A DNA stretch of 64,000 nucleotides from Eledone cirrhosa (taxonomy: Eukaryota), in NCBI GenBank assembly GCA_964016885.1, contig OZ024741.1, positions 311,984,001-312,048,000 of the forward strand. The letters are read 5' to 3'. Made by a program: the position numbers and the translations under genes. This document shows, piece after piece, positions 26,690 through 39,486 of this stretch; within the stretch, counting starts at the first letter, position 1; the number at the start of each line of letters is the position of its first letter. Below the pieces are notes generated by a model. It made no database searches, was not told the DNA's origin, and was given only the letters and a program-made list of their open reading frames with translations.

Positions 26690-29600
26690 TTTCTTTATTG
26701 GTAACAAGGGCTGACATCAAGAAAAACATTACAGACGGCACAGGACGGCACAGGACGGTACGATGTGGGTTTTGTGCGTGTAAATAATTTTATTATTTAT
26801 ATAAGAAAAGAAAAAGAAAAAGAAAAAGACATAAAACATATATATATATATAAACAATAAAAATGAAAATTGAAACAATGAAAAATTCCCCAAAAAGGGG
26901 GAAACCTCCGAGGGTTACTCGTGGCGAAAACCACACAAAAGACCACGGCCACCCTGACTACCAGAGCAAGCGCCCTCTCTCAACTTTTCGATCTCTCAAA
27001 CTACAGGCGTATATTCAGAGCGGTCCCGTTCACTCGGACCATTCCCACTACATTCACCCACCTTTCAACAAACTTGCTAGAAGGCAGCACTTGCCTCTCT
27101 ACCCTGATTTTCCTCTTCAAGTGAAACTTTAAAAAGTTAAATGGGGATTCGCCGAAGAGGAAAGTGTCTGTCTTTAACCTTTTCAACCTTGTCCACCCCA
27201 CAATCTCTTTCGTCATGGCCACCAGGCAGATGAAAACCGCCTGCCCTTCCTCCTCGAAGGAAGACGGCGAGACCATCTGCACAATGGACTCAGTCGAGAA
27301 CCGGATCAGTCCTACACACGACAGCAACTTTTGGACATAGCTCCACAAGTCAGCAATGCTCGGGCACTAAACGAGTGCGTGCACGACGGTTTCGTCGCTC
27401 TGCGCGCATCTCGCACATGCTTGAAGAGCTTATCTCGAACCCGCAGTGCTCCCCGGTAGCACTGCCAGGCCAGGGATTTTGTGAAGTTATCCATAGGTCC
27501 TGGGCTGAAAGTTCTCTAGAAGAGAGCAAACAGCTGGTCTTCTTCGACGCCCAGGATCTCTACGAGAACGTCGTCGGTCTTCCCCTCCACTAGTCCTCTA
27601 TAGAACGCCGAGGTGGATGTTCTACAGATACTGATGCCCAGCTGGCAGAGGGCAGTGAGCGCCTGGAGATATTCCAGTTTTCAAGCGCTATCCCTCGGTC
27701 TTTTTCTGACCCAGGACTGCAGCTCCGTCAAGGAGACGAGCTGTGGGAAAACGTGCCTGGCTAACGGCGACCACACCTGTTCACCGTCAAGGAAGCACCA
27801 GAGATTTTGCAACCTCAGCGCGTGTTTGCGCATCTTCAGCCATGGCATGCCCAGACCTCCACGCAACGGGTGTTGACAGCAGATGGATCGTCTGACCAAA
27901 GGAGCCCGTCCCTCCCACAAAAAGCGGAAGAGGAGGCCCTCCATTTTGGTGAGAGTTGGGCCGGGGCAAGGGTCGACGGTGAGGCGGTAGCAGATGACGG
28001 ATACAATGTACGCATTCGCCACCTCCGCTCGGTCTTTCAGGGACAGATTCCTCTCGGCCCATTTCTGGGTGAGAGGGGCCACCTTGCTCGTCACCTCGTT
28101 CCAATTTTTCTCCATCTGGAGGTCCGGTCCGAACGAGACCCATGCAATTTAAACGGTCCGTTCATCCAACGCCCCACGACGCTGTCGGACGGCATGGACT
28201 TGCCTCTCCAGGTGCCGAGCTGCGAGCCCACCGACTTTTCCTGTTTTATCTTTGCTCCTGTCACCGCTTCGTATTCCTTGAGAGCGGTGCGAGCATCTGG
28301 ACGCGACTAGTGCTCGACACCACCAAGGTGAATTCGTCGGCGTCAGCCGACTCGGATTTCCCGCATTCTAGTTCGCGTGGGACGCCCCTCATCGCCCCCA
28401 GTTTGTGCAATAACGGCTCGAGGGCCAATACGTACAAGAGGGACGAGAGGATACAACACTGGCGGACTGAGCGCATGATGCTGAACGGCTGAAAACGGGC
28501 CCGAAACCGGCTGCATCGAGGACCGCCGCCAGGACCGATGGTCGACCCTATCGAATGCTTTCGATTGGTCCAAGTTGATCAGGGTCCCACCCGTGCCAGG
28601 TTTCTTAACCACCCTCTCTATGATGTATCGCATGAGGTGTAGGTTGTGTATGGATCTGTCCGTAATGGTGCATGTCTGCGCCTCTCCCACCAGACCCTTG
28701 ACGATAAGCGCCAACCTCGTTGCCAACACCTTGGCCAAAATCTTCAACTCTGCGTTTAGCAGGGTTATGGGCCTGAAATTATCGATAACATCCCCGTTGT
28801 TCGGGGCTTTTCTCAGCAGCGCCACCGCTCTCCGGCTCAAAAAACTGGGAATGCACCCGTTCTGTTGCCAGTTGCAGTAGACGTCTGCCCAGATGTCACA
28901 GAACAGGTCTGGCATAAATGCATAAAGCTCGTAGGGCAGACCATCCAAACCTTGCGAATTACCCCTCGTGCAGTTAGCCATCGCTTCCCATATTTCATCG
29001 GCTGTTATTGTCTTTTCGCAACACTGTGCTGCCGTCATCGAGAGCCGAGGCAGTCCGTCGAATTATGCACTGAAGTCCATGCCCCGATCCGGACCACCGC
29101 TGCTTCCGAACAGTTCAGCAAGGTGCTGCTGAAAATTTCACACATCTTCTCGGGTTCGAGCAATACGCACCCGTTTTGGTCAGACAAAGAGCGAATTGTG
29201 GCTTTGTTACTATGTCGCGCCTCTGCCACCTAGGCCCATTTGACGGCTTTTGTCCCCTCTTGTTTCAGAGCACGCGCTCTAGCTCTGAAAACGCAACCTT
29301 CGTGTTTTGCGTTGAAGAATTGGTCAAGTGCCAATCTCTCCGCAAGCACGTCGGTTATGATGCCTGTCCTAAACGCCTCTTCTAGCTTTCTGACTAGCTC
29401 TCCCTCTACTCTATTTTCCTCTATCACTACTCATTTGCTAAACCTAATCGACTCTACTTTAAATGCCCTTTTCAAGGCGAACCACCACCTGTTGTTGACG
29501 AACGCTCCCGTCAACGCCCGCTTAACTAATACGCTAATCTATTCGATACCTGTCTGACAGTTGAAAACGTCTGAGCAGGTTGGTGATGCTCTTGCACCCT

Positions 29601-31426
29601 CCTCCCCTATCCACTAGCCCAATACAATCCCAGCGTGCATTCAAGATACCGTTCCAGTCGCCCACTAACACTAAAGAGCGGGAGGTTCTCAAAAAGGTCT
29701 CTAGCCGTCTGAAGAAATCTGGCCGAACTGCCCCTGTTGAGGTGTAGACGGCTACTAGCCTGAAAGCATTGCCTTCTCTGCCGGTCTCGTCCAGCACCAC
29801 CGATGTACTTTCTGGGTCTAGGAAGATGGCCCGTATGGCGAGATCCAAGCCTTTCCGAAAAAGGACGGCAACCCCTCCCCCCGATCCTGGACGGCTGGGA
29901 GATGCGTACACATCGTAGCAGTCGAAAATCTGTGCGAAGGCTTGTGCTTCGGAGATTCTGGTTTCACTGATGGCCACCACATCTATGTTTAATCACCTGA
30001 GGTCGTTGAGAAGGTGACCCTGCTTCCAAGATGACCCCAGGCCACGTGCATTTATACTGCTTATTCTGAGTACAGCCATGTTAGATGATAAACGTGGCAA
30101 GTGAGAAAGGGTCACTTACCTTGATCGTGTGGTGAAGGGCCAGGAGAACCGTCCCTTTGGTTGGTCATGGGTGTTTCCAAGAGGATGTCAGTGTATATCC
30201 ACTTGGTAACCGACCCTCTGAAGTCTCCAACTGCGTTGGGGAATTTTTGTTTTAAAGTTTTGTACTGTTCTATTGAGATTTCAATGATGCTTATGTTTGT
30301 CGGGAGAGTTCTTGCTGTTGGTGGGGTGTAGTAGTTTTTTTTCTGTGATATCTGTGTGCTGCTTTATATATTGTATGAGTTCTTTTTTTGCCATTTTTAT
30401 GGCTGTGTACTTTTTGGGGGGAGGGGTGGTTTTGTTGCTGTTTGGTGTGTGTGTGTTTTGTTTTGTTTGTGTTGTTGGTGTTTTTGGTGATGCTGGTGGT
30501 GGTGTGGTTGTTGTTGGCGGTGGTGCTTGTGGTGGTGATGGTGATGGTGGTGGTGTTGTTGCAAGTTTCCTTGCTGCCTTTACCCCTGTTTGTGTGCCTT
30601 CGCTTTTGGAGGGTGAATCTAAGGGTTTATTTTCTTTTTTGTTTTTTGTGGCAGACCGTTTGACACTTCACTCCCGCCTCAAACTCCATGTCGGATTCCG
30701 TGGCGTCTGGGAGGGGTATGCGCTCCACGGCTGTTGGTGGTGGTAGTGGAACCCTCTTCGGCAATTTTGTTGCTGGTGTAGCTACTTCAAATGCAGCTAT
30801 TGGTGTTGCCGCCATGGATGTTGCTACTTTGGTTGTCCGTGGCCTTGGTACGGGTGCCACGGACGTTGCCCTCCTACTCACCGTGGAAGGGGCTTCTGCG
30901 TTTGTTGCCTTCCCTGCGACTTTACCGCTGTTATTTTTGTTGTTACTGTTGTTATTGATGGTGTTGTTGTTGGTGTTGTTGTTGGTATTATTGTTGGTGT
31001 TGTTGTTGGTGTTATTGTTGGTGTTGTTGTTGGTGTTATTGTTGGTGTTGTTTGTGTTAGAAATAGTTGGTAATTTTAAATCTGTAACAATCCTTTTTTC
31101 CTTTGTAATATGTTCGTTTATATTTACCTCCTCTGGAACGCTGTCTTGTTGACATGCTGATAAAGTCTCCCTCTCTCTGTGTTGTCTGACAGCGCTCTCT
31201 CTCTTTCTTGTGTTATCTATGTTGAAATTTTTTTCAAAAGATATTTTTACACACATACGACACCCCGTAAAGGGGTGCCGTATTATTTACGAGTGAACCC
31301 CTGTATTAGGTGGGTCTCTTCTTCTAAACTTTTATCAAATTAAAACTTGAATAAAATCTTTAGAACGGTTGAAAACGAGGTAAAACTTTGAAAAAAACTG
31401 GAAGCGATAAGAAGCGAGGCTTCACC
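26688..31426 (-). mobile_element. Tx1/L1-type LINE family A; both ends present, internal deletions, pseudogenised
   Basis: APE (VAISETR, LVAVY, LVGDWN), RT (NFRPITLLN, LDQSKAFDRVDH), C-terminal WQCYRGAL; AATAAA plus (ATT)n tail; (AAT)n on both flanks. Confidence 0.92.
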
Positions 31427-31450
31427 AACAATAATAATAATAATAATAAT

Positions 31451-31690
31451 TGTTTCTACTTTTGGCACAAGGCCAGTAATAAACCAGTACATTACTTGTA
31501 CTTTATTTTATCGACCCATTAAGGATGAAAGGCAAAGTGAACATCGGCGGGATTTGAACTCAGACCGTAAAGGGACGTAACTATGCTGGAAAATTGTTTT
31601 CTACAATAGGCACAAGGCCAGCAATTAATCCAGGGTATTACTGGTACTTCATTTTATCGACCCCTGTTAGGATGAAAAGCAAAGTTAAAT
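31451..31690 (-). mobile_element. Two tandem 5'-truncated SINE copies (~31451-31592 and ~31593-31690)
   Basis: Match to full copies; B box present in the first. Confidence 0.88.
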
Positions 31691-31832
31691 AGTAATAAAG
31701 AGCTGACATCAAGAAAAACATTACAGACGGCACAGGACGGTACAGGACAGTACGATGTGGGTTTTGTGCGTGTAAAGATGTTTATTATTTATATAAGAAA
31801 AGAAATAAAGACATAGAAATATATATATATAT

Positions 31833-32366
31833 AAACAAATAACGAAACGAAATTAAATTTCGTTTCGTTTGTAACTCACTTTTGTATGACTGACGCTTAA
31901 ACAATTAAGTTAAAAATGTACATCCACATATGTATACTGAAATACTAGTATGCATATGAATACACACACGTGTACATATGTAGATGTACCGAGTTTTTCA
32001 CTGGTCACTTTACTGTGAGTGTCCAGCTATTCTGTATGTAAACACACAGACAAACCGGTTTTTAGAGTCATACTGGTTTTTGAGGAAACACCTTTCCTCT
32101 ATTCTCCAGAAAGCCAGACAAGGAATATTGGACTAGTTTCGATGTTGTTACATCTCATCAGCAATATTTACCTATCTTCCGGCCTTTCTAGAGAATCGTG
32201 AAAGCACATATCGTTATATGCTTTTTCTATGAAAATTAGTAGTGGGCAGACCAATTTGCATAGAGCGTGAGTACGTACCGGTTCAACGGAGACGATAAAA
32301 ACAAATAACGAAACGAAATTAAATTTCGTTTCGTTTGTAACTCACTTTTGTATGACTGACGCTTAA
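31833..32366 (-). mobile_element. Retrozyme-like non-coding insert: one 466-bp unit plus 68-bp terminal redundancy
   Basis: 31833-31900 equals 32299-32366; carries a hammerhead; multiple hairpins; absent from the paralogous 3'UTR at ~26850-26945. Confidence 0.8.
32124..32168 (-). ncRNA. Type I hammerhead ribozyme (canonical core, minimal palindromic stem III)
   Basis: Minus strand AATATTG CTGATGA GATGT AACA ACATC GAAA C TA G TC|CAATATT: 7-bp stem I, CUGAUGA, 5-bp stem II closed by G-C, GAAA, GUC site; predicted cut between 32131 and 32130. Confidence 0.92.
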
Positions 32367-35300
32367 GACCACGGCCAACCTGACCACCAGGGCAAGGGCC
32401 CTCTCTCAATTTTTCCACTTCTCCAACTACAGGCGTATATTCAGAGCGGTCCCGTTCACTCGGAACATTCTCGCTACATTCACCCACATTTCAACAAACT
32501 TGCTAGAAGACAGCACTTGCCTCTCCACTCTGATTTTCCTCTTCAAGTGAAACTTGAAATAGTTAATTGGGGATTCGCCGAAGAGGAAAGGGTCTGTCTT
32601 TAACCCTTTCAAACTTGACCACCACAGAATCTCTTTCACCATGGCCACCAGGCAGATTGAAAACCGCCTGCTCTTCCTCCTCGAAGGAAGACAGCGAGAC
32701 CATCTGCACAATGGACTTAGTCGATAACCGGATCGGTCTTACACGCGACAGCAACTGTTCGACATAGCTCCACAAGTCAGCAATGCTCGGGTACTGAACG
32801 AGTGCGTGCACGACGGTTTCGCCGCTCTGCGAAATTGTTTCAGAGCACGTGCTCTAGCTCTGACAACGCAGCCTTCGTGTTTTGTGTTGATGAATTGGTC
32901 GAGTGCCAATCTCGACGCAAGCACGTCGGTTGCGATGCCTGTTCTAAACGCCTCTTCTGGCTTTCTGACTAGATCTCCCTCTATTCTATTTTCCTCTATC
33001 ACTACTCCTTTGCTAAACCAAATCGACTCTACTTTAAATGCCCTTTTCAGGGCAAACCACCACCTGTTGTTGACGACCGCTCCCGTCAACGCCCGCTTAA
33101 CTAATACGCTAATCCGGTCTCTGTAGGATTTGCGCGCCGGGAAAGACGCGTTCAGCTTCCAGTAACCGGGCCCTTGTCTATGAAGTCTGTCTATGTCGAT
33201 CTCACAGATCACAAATTTGTGGTCTGTGTAGTCGACTATTTTAAATTGTGGACAACTTATACTAGCCTTATCTAGTTTTCTGCAGAATACCCTATCGAGA
33301 TACGATCTGGATGACCCGATACGGTTTATCCATGTCCACATTGGCACATTCGGGTGATCCAGTCGATACCTGTCAGACAGTTGAAAACGTCTGAGCAGGT
33401 TGGTGATGCTCTTGCACCCTCCTCCCCTGTCCTCTAGCCCAACACAATCCCAGCGTGCATTCAAGATACCGTTCCAGTCGCCCACTAACACTAAAGAGCG
33501 GGAGGTTCTCAAAAAGGTCTCTAGACATCTGCAGAAATCTGGCCGTCCTGCCCCTGTTAGGATGTAGACGGCTACTAGCCTGAAAGCATTGCCTTCTCTG
33601 CCGGTCACGTCCAGCACCACCGATGTACTTTCTGGTTCCAGGAAGATGGTCCGTATGGCAAGACCCAAGCCTTTCCGAAACAACACAGCCACTCCGACCC
33701 CCGCTCTCGGACGGCTCGGAGATGCGTACACCTCGTAACCGTCGAAGATCGGTGCGAAAGCTTGCGTTTCGGAAATTCTCGTCTCGCTGATGGCCACCAC
33801 ATCTAGGTTTAGTGACCTGAGATCGTTAAGTTAGGTGGCCCTGCTTCCAAGATGACCCCAGGCCAGGTACATTTATATGAGCTGTTGTAAGTAAGGCCAT
33901 GTTCGGTGAGGAATGGAGTAAGTGAGAAAGGAACATCTACCCTCATCGTATGGGGAGGGGAAAGTTGAACCGTCCCTTTGTCTGGTGATGGGTGTCTCCA
34001 AGATGATGTCGGTATGTATCCTTTTGGTAACTGACCCTCTGAAGTCTCCAACTGCGTTGGGGAATTTTTCTTTTAAATTTTTTTAATGGTCTATTTTAAC
34101 TTCAATAAGGCTTATATATTTCTGGAGAATGTTTCGTGTTGGTGGGGTGTAGTAATTTTTGTTTGTGATGTCTGTGTTCTGCTTTATATGTTCTAAGAGT
34201 TCTTTTTTTGCCAAGATTATGGCTGTGTAATGTTTTTGGGGTGGTTTTGTTTTGCTGCTCTCTTCTTGTTGCTGCTGTTGGGTATGATTGTCTTGTGTTT
34301 GCGATGTTGATGTTTGCGGTGATGCTTGTGGTGGTGGGGTGGTGGTAGTTGGTCGTGATGGTGGTGGCGTTTCTGGGTCTCGCCTTGCAGCCTTTACCCC
34401 TCTTTGTTTGCCTTCGCTGAGGTGGATCTTTAACCCACAGAGATAACATTTTTGCCGTCTTCCTTCCACACTTATATGGAGTTGGAGTCCTTCCTCGTGG
34501 TCTATGATATCGGGGATAGCGATGATACACTTCTGGTCAGTTAGTATAAGCATTTGCATGCCTATACCTGACCAGTTCTCTCTCCCTATTTTCTCTACTG
34601 GCAGCTGGTCGGTCGTCCTATCCTCGCTTCCAGCAAGGACAGACGCGGCCAGCCAAGGTATGGGCACGTCGGATGGGACCTGGGTCACTTGACCCTCACA
34701 ATTTTCTGCCCGCAGTAGGAGGGCAACAAATCTTCTCCTCACTCTTTAGGGTTTCCAAAGAGTGAGATTTCGCGTCTTTGGGGGTAGCGAAATGTACGTC
34801 CACTGTGGCAAACTTTCTGCTCCGGCTGATGTGGGTTTTGTGCGCCCAGACGCACGTTCATGGCCTTTTGGATTTGAGCCTCCGTGGCTCTCTCCACCCG
34901 ATGTGACATTTTGCTTACGGTGCAGTAAGTCACCGTCCGTCGCTGCTGGTTCTTGAAAAACTCGGGTGGATGTTTCAGGGAGACTCTATTGGCGCTTCTT
35001 GTCACCATGGCCCTTGCGACTGCCATCTCCTCTTCTGTGACTAACACTGTCTCGATTATGTCGGGCGACACCTGCAAAAGAAGTGGTCCCTTTTTCAGCA
35101 GCACCACTATTGCTGCTGCTACTGGTCTTACTGGTGGTGCTGAGATCGCTGTTACAGTTATCGATGTCATTGTTGATGTTTAAGTTGGTACAGTTGTTGG
35201 TGTTGTTGTTATTGGTTTCGTTGATACTTTTGCTGTTGTTACTGTTATTGTGGCTGTTGTTATTATTGTTTGTTTTTGTTGATACTGTTCCTACTACTAT

Positions 35301-35844
35301 CGTTGTTGTGGCTGTTGTTATTGTCATTGCTATTGTCGTTCTCGACCTTACCGCTGTTATTTTTGTTGTTGCTGTTGTTAATGATGGTGTTGTTTGTTGG
35401 TGTTATTGTTGCTGTTGTTTGTGTAAGAAATATTTGGTAATTTTAAATCTGTAACAATAACATTAAAAATGATATTGTTCCTCTTTTCCTTCGTAATATT
35501 TTCCTTTATATTTACCTTCGCTAGAACGCTGTCTTGTTGATATGTTGACAAAGTTTCCCTCTCTCTGTGTTGTCTGACAGCACTCTCTCTCTCTTTCTTG
35601 TGTTATCCATGTTGAAAGAAATTTCTTTTTTCAAAATATATTTTTACATAATACGACACCCCGTAAAGGGGTGCCATATTATTTACGAGTGAACCCCTGT
35701 ATTACGTGGGTCACTACTTCTAAACTTTTATCAAGTTTAAAACTTGAATAAAAGGTAAAGAACAGTTGAAAACGAGGTAAACTTTGAAAAAAACGGAAGT
35801 CGATAAGAAACGTGGCTTCCTCTTCAATAATAATAATAATAATT

Positions 35845-36075
35845 TTTTCTGCCTTTGGAACAAGGCCAGCAATTACCAGTGCATTACTGGTACTTTATTT
35901 TATCGACCCCGTAAGGATGAACGACAAAGTTAACGGGATTTGAAATCAGAATAATAATAATAATAATAATTGTTTCTACTTTAGGCACAAGACCAGCAAT
36001 TAACCAGTGTATTACTGGTACTTTATTTTATCGACCCCGTAAGGATGAAAGGCAAAGTTAACCTCGCCGGGATTA
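35845..36075 (-). mobile_element. Two 5'-truncated SINE copies separated by (AAT)n
   Basis: ~35845-35950 and ~35971-36075 match the SINE 3' portion. Confidence 0.88.
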
Positions 36076-36106
36076 ACTTTGCATTTCAATAATAATAATA
36101 ATAATA

Positions 36107-39100
36107 AAACTACGTCTGACATTCAAACATTACAATGAAATTTATGTTTATTTTTTATGTTTTTATTTATTTATTTGTTTATTTATTTATGTTCGTCTAC
36201 AGCGTGATAGTGCCACGCTAAAATCACCGGGCGTGATGAAATTACCGGTGGTTATGTAACCATACATTCATCAATCCTCGATATGAGTGTTTAAATGTCG
36301 AACCTAAACAGTTCGAATAACGGTGAAAAGGAGACTGGAACGTCATGTGAAAGACTCTCACCGAGCAAGTGCTCCCTCGCCCAGCAGCAGAGACCTGGCT
36401 GTCATCCAAATACTGCTTGTGTTGGAGGAAGAAGAAGGAAAGGGTCAAGAAACAACTGGAGGAAAGACTTGAAGAGAACTGTCATGATGAAATGTTACTT
36501 CAAGTGTAACCCCATGGAAAAAGGCTATAGGAAAGGGATGCATAACGTTTGGAACGAGATTGGTCTATTTAAATTAGATGAACAAAAATTGGACGGCCAG
36601 GCTCGGGTAATAAGAATTAATGGATGGATAAGCGAGATGGAACTGGAGGAACTGAGCAGAGAGATTAGGTTGGAAATGGTGAGTGGAGTATGTCAGGCAA
36701 ACGAGCCAGTGGGAAATGAAGGTGAATAGGTTGAGAGCCCTGAGGAAGCATCTGAAGCAGACAATGATCTGAATGCTGAAATAAATAACATCTAGAACAA
36801 AGGTACGGCCATTGAGGAAATGAATGCTGACGGGCAAGGGCGAGATTTGGTTGATATCCTGAACTTAGTGGTAGATGAATTGAACAATGATAGTGAGAAA
36901 CCTATGTACCTAAGATTTGTAGACAGGAAAAAGTTAAATGAAACAACAGCTAAGGTAAACAAAGTCATCCCATACCTTGAGGCGAGGTGCCTTCACCAGT
37001 GCAACAATATCCTCAAAGCAACAGCAAACACGGTGAGGAGATTACTTGGTATAAAAGTGAGAGGAAACAACAAACAAGAAAGATCAGAGCCTTGGTGGAA
37101 GAAACGACTGAGTGCTCAAATCAGGGAAATGAGAAATGACATTGGAAAGCTTGAGTCCCTAATGAATGGAACACTAAAAAACATAGAGACTAAAAATAAA
37201 CTGGAAATAAAGTACAAAACTAAGAGGGAAAAGCTAAATATTATAATAGAGGAACTGAAGCAACGCATTGTAGCAAAGAGTGCAACAATTAGGCGATACG
37301 AGAACAGAGTCAGTCAGTATAGACAGAACCGCATGTTTGAGAACAACCAGAAGATGCTGTTTGGACAGCTTGAAGGGAAAGAAAGAGGCAACGACTTTAT
37401 CCCTGAGGCGGAACAAACTAATACATTATGGAGTGGAATATGGGAGCAGGATGTTAAACATAATGACCAGGCAGTGTGGATTGAGACAGTACAGAAGGAG
37501 ATCAGTGAACAGGCACACCAACAAACTGATTTGAGTATCACAGTTGAAACTCATAAGGGGCAGGCCAAAAAACTAACCAACTGGAAATCAGCAGGCCCAT
37601 ATGGTGTACAGGGGTATTGGATTAAAAATATAACATCCCTCCACCCGAAACTGACAACCATGTTCAATGACTGCTTGATGTCAGTTGAGGTACCAGAGTG
37701 GTTGACAAAAGGTACCACAGTTCTGATAATGAAAGAACGAATCAAGGGTAATGATGTTACCAACTATAGACCAATCACATGTCTGTCCGTAATGTGGAAA
37801 CAGTTGACAAGCATTATGTCTGAGGAAATCTACCATCACCTCCACACAAACAACTTGTTACCGGACGAACAGAAAGGATGCCGAAAGAAGTCCCGTGGTA
37901 CAAAGGACCAGTTACTTATTGATAAGATGGTAATGAGGAATTGCAAGAGGAGACACACTGGTCTTGCCATGGGATGGATAGACTACAAAAAGGCATTTGA
38001 CATGGTGCCTCATTCTTGGATCACCAAAAGCCTAGATATATTCAGGGCGGCAGATAACATCAGACAGTTTTTTGGCAAAAGTATGAAGTCCTGGAAAACA
38101 GAGTTAACATCAGCTGGAGAATCCTTGGGAGGCGTGAAGATCAAGAGAGGTATCTTCCAGGGAGATAGTCTGTCCCCTCTGTTGTTTGTCCTTGCCCTGA
38201 TGCCCCTGGCCATTATACTGCCAAAGGTGAGAGCAGGATACAAGTTGAGAAAGTGAGAGCTTACCATCAATCACCTCCTCTTCATGGACGATCTTAAGCT
38301 CTTCGGGAAGAGTGAGAGGGAGTTGGATGTGCTTGTTGACACTGTCCGTATTTTCAGCAATGATATATGTATGCAATTTGGTATTAGTAAGTGTGGAGTC
38401 CTTGTGATGAAGAGGGGTAAATTGAGCAGAAGTAACGGAATCCAGGTACCAACAGGTGAGATGATAAAGGAGATTGTCACTGAGGAGGGATACAAGTATT
38501 TGGGTGTTCTGGAGGCTGATGACATCAAGAACAAAAAAATGAAGGAATTGATAAGAACTGAATACATTCGGAGAGTAAGCAGCGTATTAAATTCACATCT
38601 GACCAGTATGAATGCCATAAGTGCAGTAAATTCTCGAGCTGTGTCTATTATTAGGTACAGTGCGGGAATACTGAGATGGAATGTTGCTGAACAAAAAGAA
38701 ATGGATAGGAAGACTAGGAAGCTATTGACTATCTACAACATGTTCCACAAGAGGAGTGATGTCGATAGATTCTACTTAAGGAGATCTGAAGGTGGAAGAG
38801 GTCTTATCAGCATAGAGGACTGTGTTCAGATGGAGAAAAACAACCTACACAAATACGTGACTGATAGTAAGGAGCCAATGCTCAGAACTGTACTGAAGGA
38901 GAGGACAATAGACCAGGGGATGTCCAAGGAGGAAATAACATCAAGGAGAAAGAGCAGCCTTCAGGAAAAATCCCTTCATGGTACCTTTTTGAGAAAACTG
39001 AATTCAGAGATCAACAGACATGGAACTGGTTGAAAAGAGGAGACCTTCAAAAGGCTACAGAAGGAAAGTTAATGGCTGCGCAAGAGCAGGCCCTCAAAAC

Positions 39101-39425
39101 GAAGTGGTTGAAACACCATATTTACAAGGAGGAGGCTAGACTACTGTGCAGGATCTGTGGAGAGAGAGAGGAGACTGTGGCTCACATTGTATCCGAGTGT
39201 AAACAGCTAGCCCAGACTCACTATAAGGGCTGGAGACATGATGTGATGGGCAGGGTGATCCACTGGCACCTACGCAAAGTAAACAATTTACCACATGCTG
39301 AGAAGTAGTATGAGCATAAGCCAGAGTCAGTGATAGAAAACGATCAGGTGAAGGTGCTGTGGGATTTTAGGATACAGACGGACAAGAAACTGGAACACAA
39401 TAGACCTGACCTGGTGGTTTTGGAC
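36107..39425 (+). mobile_element. R4/Dong-type RLE LINE family 1, copy 1 (breaks off inside the endonuclease)
   Basis: N-terminal W..CY..GYRK.M..W..EQKL.GQAR.I domain, RT, CRICG..ETVAHIVSEC knuckle, RHD, NRPDLVVLD, then (AAT)n. Confidence 0.93.
36820..38256 (+). pseudogene. Longest open segment (478 aa) of the Dong-type polyprotein, RT N-terminal half
   Basis: PWWKKRL, YRQNRMF, NYRPITCL, EQKGC, WIDYKKAFDMVPH, GIFQGDSLSPLLF; frameshifts into ORF 38284-39033 (MDDLKLF). Confidence 0.9.
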
Positions 39426-39466
<41 letters not shown>

Positions 39467-39486
39467 GAAGAAGAAGAAGAAGAAGA

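Larger units (their letters stand above)
31691..35825 (-). mobile_element. Tx1/L1-type LINE family A' with most of the RT deleted and a ribozyme-bearing insert in the 3'UTR
   Basis: Open APE domain in ORF 32739-33800 (SYLDRVF, YTDHKFV, GPGYWKLN) fused at ~32830 to the ORF2 C-terminus; ORF1 remnant VEGRRQKCYLCG..H; 5'UTR matches ~31060-31426. Confidence 0.92.

Noticed and set aside
31833-32366. TRIM/LTR mini-retrotransposon interpretation of the 68-bp direct repeats
   Set aside because: No TG..CA termini, PBS, PPT or TSD; target sequence is deleted instead
36195-36270. HDV-like ribozyme in the Dong 5'UTR (and in Tx1 5'UTR hairpins at ~31258, ~35655, ~55880)
   Set aside because: Only simple hairpins are visible; I could not build the nested double pseudoknot by eye
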